Source of the DNA: Microthyrium microscopicum
Lineage: Eukaryota
Assembly (NCBI GenBank): GCA_010405405.1
Contig: MU004233.1
Location: 2,148,539-2,212,538 of the forward strand
Direction: 5' to 3'
DNA length: 64,000 nucleotides
Made by a program: the position numbers and the translations under genes. Within the stretch, counting starts at the first letter, position 1; the number at the start of each line of letters is the position of its first letter. This document shows, in pieces, positions 32,209 to 44,406 of this stretch. Under the pieces are notes generated by a model. It saw only the letters and a list, made by a program, of their open reading frames with translations, ran no database searches and was not told the DNA's origin.

Positions 32209-34454
32209 GGTTGTATTGAATGTAAATGTCGACTGCTACACTGCAATGATGGGATAGGACTAAGATTTATACCAAAACCGATTGTGCGTCCGAGGAAACC
32301 TGATCGATCCGAGAAAGCGAGTCAACTTCTAAAGCGTACAACATTGTGATACTTTGCTGACTGAACGCCATGGCGGTACATGGTACGAGATGTCACGGGT
32401 ATCCTCTAGGATCACCAAGACTCTGAATCGCAGTTGTCGCATAGAATACGATAGATCAATCCATGTTACATGAGAAAATGGACGAGGAAAAACCTCGTGG
32501 CTGCAGGCTTTCGGTGGCACAATGCGAATCTAAATACAGGTCTTCAATGATCGATATATAACAACATGCTTCACGACCTACAGCGCCAATTTCGAATTCA
32601 CTGAAATTCAACGACTCGTACTAAGCCTCCTTTGCTGTTAGGTGAAGATCGAGCTGCACACAGTAAGACTAACAAAATCAAGTCGAGGCTATCATGAAGG
32701 AACCTACAGGATCGACCCGCAAGAAAACATGATCGAAGCTCAGGATCAGTTCGGGAAATTCAAGGATTTGGACCCATAACTTGACCTACCAGGATAGACA
32801 CAAGCTAGTTCGTACTATACATGGTGTGAACAAAATGGCTGAAAGCATCTGCTGAATTCCACTTGGCACACAACGTTGAGCGTTCTTGTTGGCCACTTCA
32901 CTAACGTAAATACAATCTAACGGTAGTATCAAAGGGCAAATTTTGGCATTCAAAAGGAGTCGAAGCGCCTCTTCAGCTGGACACAGTATCCAATTTTATC
33001 TGCGTTTCGAAACAATCAGCGACCAAACCTTAGCACTGGTTGGAATGGCTATGATTCACATAACCTGCCAATTTGCCCTTGCAGTCCGTGATCCGCCGTC
33101 CAACCGTGAGGTGAACATAGGCTGAATCGAGCGGGACGGATTCTAATGCGTAGTAGATCCGGATGCAGTTCAAGATTTAGGAGGCGAAAAGCGCAAACTA
33201 AGAATCAACTACCGAGTATAGAGCATGACTTGAAAGTATTTCTCCCACAGGGGTCTCCGCATTCCCACCACCGGATTTTGGGTAGTAGGATCCAATCGAC
33301 GTATACCACGACTTGTCAAGTACTCCCTACCTGGTGCCGAGATGTATGATCTACGCCTTGGTATGCTGAGCTATCCGGGCAACCTTGTTTTGTCCAGTAG
33401 GAATATTCGAATACATCCCTGAACGCCTGACAGCTCTTGCTTAGGTAGCTTTATGAAGTTAGCCGTAGAAGTGTCTTGCTCAAGCCCCTCTTTCTCATCG
33501 ATTCAAGTCATTTCCCAAAAGTTCTTTCCACGGAATCTGCGGTGATGAGCGAAGGTTATTTGCTGTCTTTGCATCATTGTTGTCTCTGCGTTTCCTGGTT
33601 TTTGACAGTCAGTGGTGAAAACAAGACCCAGTATTGGCTCCCCCGTCTATGTTATCATACAAATCTGTATCTTCAAGCTTTCTGAGTTACAGCAAAGCTC
33701 ATATCTCAGGCAATGCCAACTTCTGACAGGTTACTCCTTATTTGAAGTAGTTTTGACAACCAGGAATTAAACGTAGATTGCAGATATGTAAGTATATAAA
33801 ATGCTCGAAGCAAAGTCAGAATCACCGGCATTCAGGTTGTCCAGCTAATTTGTATTTTGTAATATCACATCAACACCTGCCTTTCTAGGAAGTGTGGCGT
33901 CAAAGACTCATAACTTCTAGGATATCCCCAGGCGTAAGACCTCGTAGTAAACCCATTTTAGAACTACGGTGAAAGTTGTTAGATTTGGCGCAAATTTTTC
34001 GAGAAGGAACCTTCGCTAAGACCTAAGAAACCAGTTTGACGGATTTTTATTATTGTATCAGTATTCAGATCTAGGTTACATTACTCCTCGCGCTCGAACC
34101 CGTCCGATTCTGCGCAAACAGTATCGCGATTAGCGGTTGATTTGCCTGAACATGTTGCTTATAAGCAGTGAACTTGTTGTGATGAAAGAGTTATTATATG
34201 CTTGTAGCTAACATAAGGTATTATCAAGCCAACTTTCATCATGTCAAGTCTTGATCTTGTATAACTTCACTTACTATAGCCACTACTGCACTCTTCATTG
34301 GATGATTTATGTCGGCATATCGACGCAAAGGCTAGCTGCATCAAGCTTAGAATGATGTTAGATCTCTACACAACCCAACCGTTGAATCCCTTCTTGTGAA
34401 TTACAGTGACATCTCATTCTTATTCTCTTTTGATCCTGGAGATTTTCGTTGAAA

Positions 34455-35114
34455 ATGGCAATTTCAATAGAGCTGCTTGAAGAGACAGACTTTGATAAAT
34501 TTGCTTCGATAGTACAGTCAGCATTTGTGGATGGCATAGGATCTGTTTTTCTTCGTGGAGGAGCAGCAGCAAACCCAACGACACATGCCAACCTCGTCAA
34601 AATTCAGAAGAACTATTTCCTTAACGACTCTTCAGCCAGATATGTAAAAGCCGTCGACAGCACCACTGGAGACATCATTGCCGTCGCCAAATGGAATTTC
34701 TACCTTCGTGAACAGACGAACGAGGAGCTAGAACGTTCTCTTCATATCCCCAAACCAGGAGAGGATGGCTACATTGCTTTTGAGGCACCAATTTTGCAGC
34801 ATCTCATGGGGTGGCGTAGAGAGTATATGGGAACAAAGCCATTCATCTATCTCAGCTTGCTCGCCACGGATCCAAAATATCATCGTCGAGGAGCAGGGGG
34901 AAAATTGTTAGAATGGGGCACCAAGCAGGCCGATGAACTGAACATTGAAGCGTATGTAGAGTCAACTCCGGAAGCCAAGTTGTTATACGAGCGATGGGGG
35001 TTCGTCGTCGTGAAGGAAGTGACTTTCGACATGAACCAGTTTGAAAGATCCGATCTGACGGACACCGTCGACATAAACAGGATTTTGATCCGAAAACCTA
35101 GCGGGAAGCCATGA
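34455..35114 (+). CDS. GNAT-family N-acetyltransferase
   Basis: 219-aa ORF with IIAVAKW, LSLLATDPKYHRRGAGGKLLEWG (acetyl-CoA-binding motif A) and YVESTPEAKLLYERWGF (motif B). Confidence 0.9.
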   Translation: MAISIELLEETDFDKFASIVQSAFVDGIGSVFLRGGAAANPTTHANLVKIQKNYFLNDSSARYVKAVDSTTGDIIAVAKWNFYLREQTNEELERSLHIPKPGEDGYIAFEAPILQHLMGWRREYMGTKPFIYLSLLATDPKYHRRGAGGKLLEWGTKQADELNIEAYVESTPEAKLLYERWGFVVVKEVTFDMNQFERSDLTDTVDINRILIRKPSGKP

Positions 35115-37085
35115 TTCATGAACAACGCACATGGCAGCCAAGGATTTACTCTCGTATACAGGCTGGAAATACTGGCAGACCTTCCGGCATAACGCCTTTT
35201 CCTCATGTGAATAGCTTTACAGGTGGCATTTAACATACACAAGATACAAGAAGTGCTTGTTGTGTGCTGTAGGCCGGGAACTACATCTACGAGTAATGGG
35301 ACCTGTTTGAATCCTTTCAGATTTTTGTGCTGAACTAGAACTTATAAGATCAACTCGTTCCTTACATTTCAACTGCATTGCATATGCGGACCGCCATACA
35401 TCCATGATATAATGGCCCGTACCTATTGCATGTTCTTATTTTAGACAACTGGATAATACGATCCCTCAGTCCACCCTTGAGGTCGGGTCGAGTCATTCTC
35501 GGATCTCAATATCTTCATCTGCCTTGATACCCCTCAAACATATGCCCAGATCTCCAAAAAGGAATTGGATCCGTTCCTCGAGGATCAGGACAGGTGCACT
35601 ACTCCCGAAGCCTCTACCGTCCCGTATAACACTCGCGAGTCTGCAGTGATGTGTTTCCGTCCCGAATTCCTGGCTTTTGGTTGGCTTGCCGTCTGATGGC
35701 AGATACTGCCACTGTGTTGTGGCAGCTTTGGCTTGATCTTCGCGACAGGGTTTTGCTGGATATCCTGAGGTTCAATGTAGGTATAGACTGCAAAAGTTGT
35801 CACGTCGGCTACAGCATTGGTAAGCTGGTTCATTGTTGTCGGCCAGTTGCAAGTAATGAGAAATACCTAGAAATTTGATGTGAAACTAGTAGCGAGGAAT
35901 TTTGTACTGAGGAAATAGAGCATTCCTTGTCCAAGTTGGGGATACACCAGTCTCGACTTGGTCATGGAAATGGGTTTGTTCAATCATTGCTGATTCCAAC
36001 TCCCGAAGAGCATACTCTATACCTATCGTTTAGGACTGGTGTCAGTTAGCAGAAAAGATTGAACCATCTCACCGTATACTTTTTTTCAGCGTTGCCTCGA
36101 AGCACGGAAGTTCTTGTAAACATGGATGAACAAGCCTTGGAGAAATGATCAGATCGTCCGCCAGGTTGAAAGAACTTCATGGCCTCACGGTTTTGATGGA
36201 AGAACTGTGAACTCTTGACCGCAACGTTATAAAGTTGCAGCCGGGACGGTGATATGCTTCACGCTGGGCATTGCCCGGATTTCAAAGTAGTTGAAAGTAC
36301 CGCATTCATAGTGTCAAGGCGAAATAGCTGTGTTCACTTGAAGGAAATAGATGGCTGCTGCCGAATACCAAGCTCCAGACAATATTGAAGACCTGTCGCG
36401 TCGTATTGTAGTCTGTGGAACTCTACAGCACAAATCGCGTGGCGCAGTCAGGACTCAGCCCTACGGGAAGCGGCCACAAATGGTTATCCGAGGAAAAGGG
36501 CCGTGCAATTGGTGGTGATCTTGCTGCATCTTGCTATTGCAGTCCGCGACCGCGACGCAGCAATGTGTCTCGTCAATCTTTCTTCTGCTTATACGTGCGG
36601 CTGAGGTTCAATGTCCAGAAATGAACAAGAGATGGCAGTCTCACAAGGCCAGCCTCCCATGGCTTCGCGATGCAAGACTCAGGTTTGCTGCTCGCGAACA
36701 TGTTTTTGGAAAAGCGACGAAAATGCTTAATCTAGCGAAGCTTTCTAAGTGGTGCAAATTGTCCACCAAAAGCAAAGTCGCGTGTGGCTTCTTTTCAGCT
36801 CGCAAATAGCATGCTGTGTGGGCGGAATTGGGGGCATCTCAATGGTCGTCGGCTGCGGTTGAAAACAAGCTAGGTAGCAGATGCCACAGTCCAACGCGGC
36901 GGGGGCTGTAATGTGCTCTATCCGACGAGATTTGGTGATACTAAAGCGTGTGAGCGTGGTGGGTGAGATCTTGGGTACGGCCAGCTTTTGATCCTGTCTG
37001 ACACTGAAATGAACAAGATTTTTCGCATATAATTGTCCTCCCCCTATCCCGACTCATCCTTAGCTATTCGCTATCAATCGTCAAG

Positions 37086-38215
37086 ATGTCTAAAAAGTCA
37101 ACATTTACCACCATCACGCCCATCCCAGCGGGCGTGTCCAGAGGTTTGTCTTCTAATCGCAAGATTCATACAAACAGTGCTAATCCAGCATCATAGAAAC
37201 CGTCATGGCCACGCTGCGCAACCACGTAGAAATGATCGATCTCAACCCCTTAGTAATAGATCGCTTCCAAGTAAAAGCCCCCTCGTTCGCCTCCCCCGAA
37301 GAGTTCCACTCCGTCTGGTACGAAATCGTCGACAAAATCTCCTACCTACCCGGCGGTCTCGCCAAAGGAGACATCCACTACCACGGCTGCTTTCACGATC
37401 TCCCCGAAGGACTGCAAACACACGTCTATGCGCCCCTCGGTCTTGATCTGCGCTCGCGCTGGATCCTGGGCGGAAATTTGCCGGGCGAACCTGCTGAGGC
37501 GGTGGAGTTGGGGTTAGGCATTCCGAAACAGGGATTGTATTTGAGGGAGGATGTTACGATGAAGTGTAATGTGTTGATGGGCGGCTTTGTGAAGAAGAAT
37601 ATCAAGAATAGTCATGGACAGCTTGTTTCAAGGCTTATGGAGAAGGCGAAGATTGTGGAGGTTAGTGCGTCGAATGCGAGTTTGGTGTCTGCCAAACGTG
37701 CTAGCACGATGAGCAGTCAAAGTCCGGCAATGGGTGCGCCTAGTCCTGCGCTATCGCATGGGACGCCGACAATGGGAGCGCCTAGTCCGGCGTTTTCGCA
37801 GGCTGGAATGGATCAGAGGCCGTATAGTATGATGTCTCAGTCGAGTAGTGGCAGCGTGCCAAGTGTATATCAGCATCCACAGCAACAGGCATATCCGGGT
37901 CAGCAGGCATATGGACAACAGATGCATCCAGGCCAGCAGGGCTATGTGCCGGGCGTTCAAGGACAGCTTCCACCAGGTGCATATGAGCATCAAGTGCCAG
38001 TTCCACAGCCATTATTCTCACAACCACCATATGGAAGTCAAACTTCGCATGGAGATCCTCAGCAAGCAATGCATCAGCCAGCTTATCCTCAACAAAGAGT
38101 TCCTCAACACGGAGTAGCTCAACCTGGAGCTCCCCATAGCCACGAGACACAAAACCACCCAGTTGAGCTATCTTCAGAGCCAGAGAAACCAGCAGCTATT
38201 GAACTTCCAGGTTAG
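37086..38215 (+). CDS. Conserved fungal protein (DUF7053-like N-domain) with Q/P/G-rich low-complexity tail
   Basis: Exon 1 37086-37143, intron 37144-37196, exon 2 to 38215. MSKKSTFTTITPIPAGVSRETVMATLRNHVEMIDLNPLV and GLQTHVYAPLGLD resemble a widespread fungal family; the domain name is from memory. Confidence 0.6.
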
Positions 38216-38528
38216 AGTCAGAATTCGGAAACAGACATAAAGATATAAACATAATGTGAGGTCTCCGCGCTCAATTGGAGGCTTTTGATGATGAATTTAG
38301 CCAGCGGCAAATAATTGATACTGAAATATATGATATTACAAACATAATAATCGTTTACGGGTATCCTGCAAGATATAAAGGCTAACGAAAAGCCATGAAT
38401 TCTAAACCCAACCACGAGTATCGCTTACCTCTGCATGCAGAACTTCCACTGTACTCTAAGCCTAGATGAGCAAAAATGGCTATCAGAGGTTCTCGTACGT
38501 GTTCACACCTCTTCGGCAGTTACTTTCC

Positions 38529-39517
38529 TCAATGCCTCCACCCGCGATCCTCAGATGCAAATGCGATTAGGCTATCATTTATTAGTTCAGAATCTCCATA
38601 CTCAAACCCAAGCAACATACCAAAATCATCAGCATACCGCGGCGCCCTCTCCGCAAAACTCCTCTTCAACCCACCACTTAAATCCGCCTCCATCGCACCA
38701 CCCTCACGATCCGTAAAGACCGTTCTCACCTGCGCCGTCGTCTGCGTCCACTGAACCAGTGTTTCCCAAATCGGCCTACCATCCGCGGGGGCATCCACAG
38801 GTGCGGCAGTGAAGTTGAAGATCCGATAATCGGTATTCATGAAATGCGACTCCGTCATTGCAGCAAGCAAACCAGCATGCGCAACAACGATGACGACCTT
38901 CTCTGGTCTGCCACGAAGCCAGGTGAGGAAAGAGGTGATGCGGGCGTCGGAGACGGCGCGGGTGCCTTCGTAGGGTGATGGCGCGAGTTTTGATGGGTAG
39001 TAGGCGTCGTTTTCGACGAGGGTCCAGTCTGCGGTGAGGGAGGAGAAGTCTTTGCGGATTGATTCCAGGGGGGAGCAGGTGTCGCATGGATGATTACCAA
39101 GTTCTAGTCATCGTTAGTGCACTGAAATACATAGGAAAAGGGAGTGTTGGCGGGAAATTGTCAATTGGGTGGTATATTACCTTGAATTCGCGGATCAACA
39201 ATCACAGGAACTGGATTCGGTCGTTCTAGGAGGAAGTTGAGACTTTGCTGGGTAGTTTGGAGAGTGCGGAACATAGGCGATGTGACGATGAGTTCGACTT
39301 CGCGTATTGTTTCAAGAACTCGTTGGTGCGCGGGCTCGATTCCTTCTAGTTCGGATGTTATTCCTTGTAGTTGGCGGGATAGATCGCGACATTGAGTTAC
39401 GCCTGTTGGGACTGTGATGGGCGGGTCGTGGATGTCGGATCTGCGAGTTGCGTTGTGTTCGCCTTCAGCATGGCGGATGAATATTACGGTTGGACCAATT
39501 GATTTTCCGGATGCCAT
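38529..39517 (-). CDS. Histidine phosphatase / phosphoglycerate-mutase-like protein
   Basis: FIRHAEGEHN (RH motif) and SPMFRTLQT. Intron 39180-39104 joins to QELGNHPCDT and VVIVVAHAG (second His). Confidence 0.85.
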
Positions 39518-40214
39518 TTTGATTTAGAATGGATGAAGTGTGCGGTATGCCGTCTGGATAGTCAAGATAGGTGGGCTTTGAAGGCTTCTGGATTTAAGAG
39601 GTACTAATAGAAAACGACCGTTCCAATTTGGTAGAGGAAAAATCTGGCAGTTGCGATGTTGATCATTCGAAGCAAAGAAAGAGAACAGCTGAATTTATAT
39701 GATTTGTGCGCTGCTTCTGCCCCTCATTGGTATTCACTGAGTGACGTTGTCAGTGATATGGAATAGAAACTCCTTGCTCTTATGCAGTGTCTGAAATCAG
39801 CCGTGAAGTCTTAATATCACCCGAAATTCCGTGAAGAAGTTGCGAAGAAGAACTTTTATGGTCGGATGTTTGGAGTTGTGTGGGGCAAGGCTGAAGACAA
39901 GGCTGAGCTTTGAGGCCTACCGCTCTTGATTGCTATCGACAGCTTGACATGTAGAGTTATGAAGATTGCATGAACAAACAGAAAAGAATCAGTTGAATAG
40001 TACCGGTCTCAAGCGTACCAAACACAAAATTAACAGACAACACGCTGAAAGCAGTTTCATCTCAAAAGGAATGACTTGATGAATTAACCACGCTTTACCC
40101 ACAACGCCAACAATATAGGAGGTACAATTGGTAATCACCCCCTAATGGCCAAAACGCTACAACGCAATACAAGGTCCCTCCTTTCTTGATCCTTTCTCCC
40201 ATCATTCATCCCCT

Positions 40215-41468
40215 TCAACCGACAGGATGCGGAAACTGGAAGTCACTCAACTCATCCTCCTCATCACCAATCAACCTAGCCCGGCCCAATAACTCTTCGT
40301 CTTCACTATCATCATCCACCAAGCTAAGGCTCTGCATACGCAGCTGCGCAACAACATCCCGCGCCTGCGTATCAAACTCTTCATCCGACGCAGTCCGCGA
40401 AACAGCACTCATGCTGCGCTTGGCCCGTGGCTCTGTATCTCTAAAGATCGCCGTTGCTGGCTTCCGCACCTTTTGGCTGATTGCTCGTCCCTGAGCATAT
40501 CCTAGTGTACTCTTTGACAATGCTTTTGTAGCACCTGCGCGCTCGACCACTGGCGTCTGTCGACCTTTTCGTACGTTTAGTGCTGTTGGTACACGAGCTT
40601 TGGTGGATGCTGGTACAGTGCGCTTGGTCGTTGGTGCAGATGATAGTGCCGTTGCGGCGCGTCGAGAGCTCATTGTTGCTGGTGCAGCTTTCTTGGTGAT
40701 TGCTTTCTTTGGCATGCCTAGTTCGTCTGCTAGTCCGTCATCGATGCTTGCGAATGCGGCATTCATGGCCTTGTCGCAATCTGCTTCGATATCTCTCTTG
40801 ATAGCCGCTCGTGCCTCGGCCTCTTCACGAGCAGCAGTAGCTTCGTCTCGCGAAAAATATGTTTCTGCCCAACCACGTGAAAAGTTGCCAGGTTCTAGAT
40901 GTGGAAAGCGCTTGTCTGGACCGAATGTGTCTTCACTGGGTATGTCACGTAAATCTTTGCTGCGCGGGGGCATGTGCTCGATATCGGGAATATCATCTTC
41001 GGCATCAACGGGCTCTGACTGTAAGACTTTGATTTTTGGACGATGTAGACGTGGGCTGCCTTTAGAAGGGCTTGGATCGGCGGCTTTGGGAGGAGCGGGA
41101 GTGAGGAAGGGACGGGCTTTGGCATTCGTTGTTTTTGCGCCGAGGGCAGGACGGTTTTTTGGACCTGAAGATCATTAGTTCTGGACTTGAGGATATTGGT
41201 CAGGAGGTGAAGACGTACCGGCTGGTGTTACGAATGCGCTCTTGTCGAATGTTGCTTTTGCTTTGCCACCGATGGTCTTTAATCCGCTCTTTCCAGGCCC
41301 GTTCTTCGCATTCTCGTCGTTAAGAGGAACCTTGAATGGTGTTTTTGGAGCTTTGTTGCCGGGTGTTTTTGCGGTGAGACCTCGAACGGTCTGGTTTAGT
41401 GGTTTGGAGGCTGCAGCCGTCTGCTGGCCATGGATAAAGTTTTCTTGGTCTGCCTGAATGGCAAACAT
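40215..41468 (-). CDS. Putative securin (separase inhibitor; Pds1/Cut2-like)
   Basis: Intron 41218-41165. The spliced protein has DQEN/NDEN (KEN-like), the D-box RPALGAKTTN and DIPDIEHMPP, which matches the securin DIE pseudo-substrate motif. Overall disordered composition. Confidence 0.65.
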
Positions 41469-41906
41469 TATGGTGTGTTTCGATCGTATGCGCGGTTTAC
41501 ATTGGCGAAATAGACGATGGGTGACAGGTGTAGAGAATGTTTCGATGGTTTGGTGTTGTCAATTTGGACTTTCGATCTTTAGGAAAAACATAGGGGCAGG
41601 ATCTGCGGGTTGCTGGGGGCTAGACATACTAGCGCTACTTCTCGAGGTGGTGTGTTCCCAGCAACCAAGCGCAAGTGACCCCTATCGGACGTGACTGCAG
41701 CCCCTAAACCCACCCCGCCAGCGCTCCTGCTGTTTGAACAAGCCCCTCCAAAAAACATCTGCCTACACCGTGCTTGTTGCTTCTTTTACCGCTTTCTACA
41801 TCTACAACATCTCTGCCATACCTCGTCAATCAATACAACTCCTTCACCTGCTTTACCACGAATAACTTTTGCACTTTGAAAACTCAATCCGCAGTCCTCT
41901 TTCACC

Positions 41907-42607
41907 ATGGAACAGATCCGAAACGTGAGTCAATTGCTCCCATCCCCTATTCAGGTCCCGATCCAACCATTGTCTGTCCAACCATGATATAGCGACCAAC
42001 AGCTTTGAATGGCCACTACACCCCTAGTCATCAATCGCCCCATGTTATAGCACAATGAACTAACCGCGACAACGCGTAGAAAATGGAGAAGCTCCGCCAG
42101 GAGGCTGAAGCTGCCCAAGAAGAGGCCGAAACCTCCAAGAAGCGAGTAGCCGCCCTCGAACAAGAGCTTACCGAAAAGGAGCACACCCTAAAGTCTCTCA
42201 CCCATCAAAACTCTATCCTCGAGAAGCAAGTCGAACAACTCGAAACAAACCTCAAAGATGCCAAAGGCGAGGCCGAAAAGGGTAGCTCTGCTTTGACGAC
42301 TACCGATGAGCTGCAGCGCAAGCTTGATGTTTTGCAAGAAGAGGCTGAGAAATCTGACCGTCAACTACGAGAGACTATTGAAAAGTATGTTATTATGATC
42401 GTCACCAATTCTATAAGGCTTGTTTGCTGATCATTCTACTATAGGCTCCGCCAAACCGACGTCAAGGCTGGTCACTACGAGCGCAAAGTACAAGCTCTAG
42501 AGCAGAGCACCACCGCTTGGGAGACAAAGCACGAGGAAATGTCAAAGAAGTATCAGGAGACCAAGGAGGAGTTGGATCGTTTTGCAGCAGAGATTGGAAG
42601 CATTTGA
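41907..42607 (+). CDS. TPM1: Tropomyosin
   Basis: Exons 41907-41924, 42080-42384, 42445-42607. All coiled-coil, from MEQIRNKMEKLRQEAE through LRETIEKLRQTDVKAGHYERKVQALE, the typical fungal tropomyosin motif. Confidence 0.92.
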
Positions 42608-42902
42608 GCCAGCTTTTGCGGTCTGATAACAACAGGTCTTATCGCATGGAAGCTCTTTGTACTTAGTCCTGCCTGCATTCTTTTGGATGCGCTTGACTGT
42701 ATGGATAACAGATGCTCCAACTTATATCCCATATTATGTGTTTAAAAAAACAACAAGCGATAGCCTGTCCTAATAAGATCACTTTTCCCTGACCTAGAAC
42801 TGAAGCACGAGAATCGCTCACCTTCTACAAAAAGAACATATTCAACAATTTGATAGTTGAATCAGCCGTCTTACTTCATAAAATCTAGCAGATGTGATGT
42901 AT

Positions 42903-43663
42903 CTACCTAGCTTTCCTCTTCGGCGCCTGCGAATTATTCCTCCTCTCTTTTGCCTGTGAATTATTTTTCCTCCTCTCCTTGGCCTGCGACACCTTTCTCT
43001 CCTCCTTACCCTCATATCTAAACTTCTTTTTCTTCACCTTCTTCACCACCTTCCTCTTCTTCTTCGCGCCCTCTGATTCCGCAGCCTGCTTTATCCTCCT
43101 GGCCACCTCTTCCTCATCCGCCTGTTCCTCGTCCGCCGCACCAGGCTGTATGAGCCCATCGCGTGTCACATCCACAGTCTCCACTGTGACTGTCGTATAT
43201 TTCTCCTCATCCACATACTCGTCCTCCCTCGCACCCTCTTCATCTTCCTCTATCCCTTGCCATTCTTCACTTTCACTCCCGCTGTCAACGTGCGCTGTGT
43301 GGTTGAATTCGCGGACTGCGCGGTCAACTGCTTGGACGTGTGCTTCTAGTTCTTCCCTGCGCCGTTTCCGTAACTATGTTATCACACCCGGTTAGCCACC
43401 GTAATCATATCCATATTCCAAAGCATAAAATCTTCAAAGGAAAGTCTGGGTGGGGTAGGTAGCGGTGGTTGGGGAAGTCTTACAGCTGCGCGGGCTGCAA
43501 TGAGCTCTTCACGGCCCTTTTTTGCGGCGAGATCTTGAGAGTGCTTTATGCGTGCTTGTTTGCGCTTGTGGAAGCCGGTGAGATATTCTTGGCGGTCGGA
43601 GGGGTCGAATGTTATTTCGGGGGTGGTGGTTACGGTGATTTTGCGGCGTTTGGAGGATGACAT
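42903..43663 (-). CDS. RRP17: Ribosomal RNA-processing protein Rrp17/Nol12 (Nop25 family)
   Basis: EITFDPSDRQEYLTGFHKRKQARIK and EYVDEEKYTTVTVETVD..KKKKFRYEGKEERK. One intron at about 43370-43483. Confidence 0.88.
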
Positions 43664-44406
43664 ATTGGCGGTAGTGGTTTGTGCTGGTTGGAAGGGCGGG
43701 ATATAATGATAGATGCTTGTGATTATAGTAGAGGGTCTTAGACACAGTTTCGCTATGGAATTGCTGAGAGCGGAATTGTATTGGGGTTTCGTGTGTGAAG
43801 CTCTCGAGAAATGGAATCTTGGCATCAGAAATAAATCTTTAGCCCCACAAAAGTTATCACGTTCCGAAAAGGGAAGGTATTTCCGAGCTTGATATAACCT
43901 CAAGATCAACTTCAACTTTGTTTCTTCTCTTCTCATGACCGATACTGATGTTCTTTCGGCCTATCATCAATTTTTCATCCAGAGCTTCTCGACTATTCTA
44001 GAGCCATAATGACGTTTCCAGCGAACATAGCTTCCCCGCATGCGATTCATACAATCAATGATATTCTCAAATACAACGCGTTCCTGACTCAATGCCCTGT
44101 CTTTCACTGGCCTATTGGCGAAATATAGTAAACCCACTTGGCAAAAATATCGCTAGACCATGCTCCGATCCAAGAGCAATCCCGCGAAATTCTGCAATGC
44201 GCATACCAAGTAGTATCAACCTCTTTTCGGTCTCTTCGGCCTCTTGGTGCTCGGCAATTCCGCAATTTATGGTTGTATTCCGATTTGTCAATGGCATAAA
44301 GTCTACCAGGTATGTACTTAGGTAAGAAGAAGCTCCACGATGGTAAATATGGAGTGGTGCACTGGTTGAGAAGAAATCAACTGTTTTGCTCATTCAACCC
44401 TTCACG

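Noticed and set aside
35400..36900. Short ORFs between the GNAT and the DUF7053-like gene
   Set aside because: No recognisable motifs or consistent exon chain; treated as intergenic.
41925..42079. snoRNA in the 155-nt tropomyosin intron
   Set aside because: No convincing C/D box pair with terminal stem, and no H/ACA architecture.
42925..42990. Short in-frame tandem repeats (RRP17 SQAKERR(K)NN; also 37729-37800 and 47746-47763)
   Set aside because: Ordinary slippage duplications in low-complexity protein regions; not CRISPR-like and no spacers.
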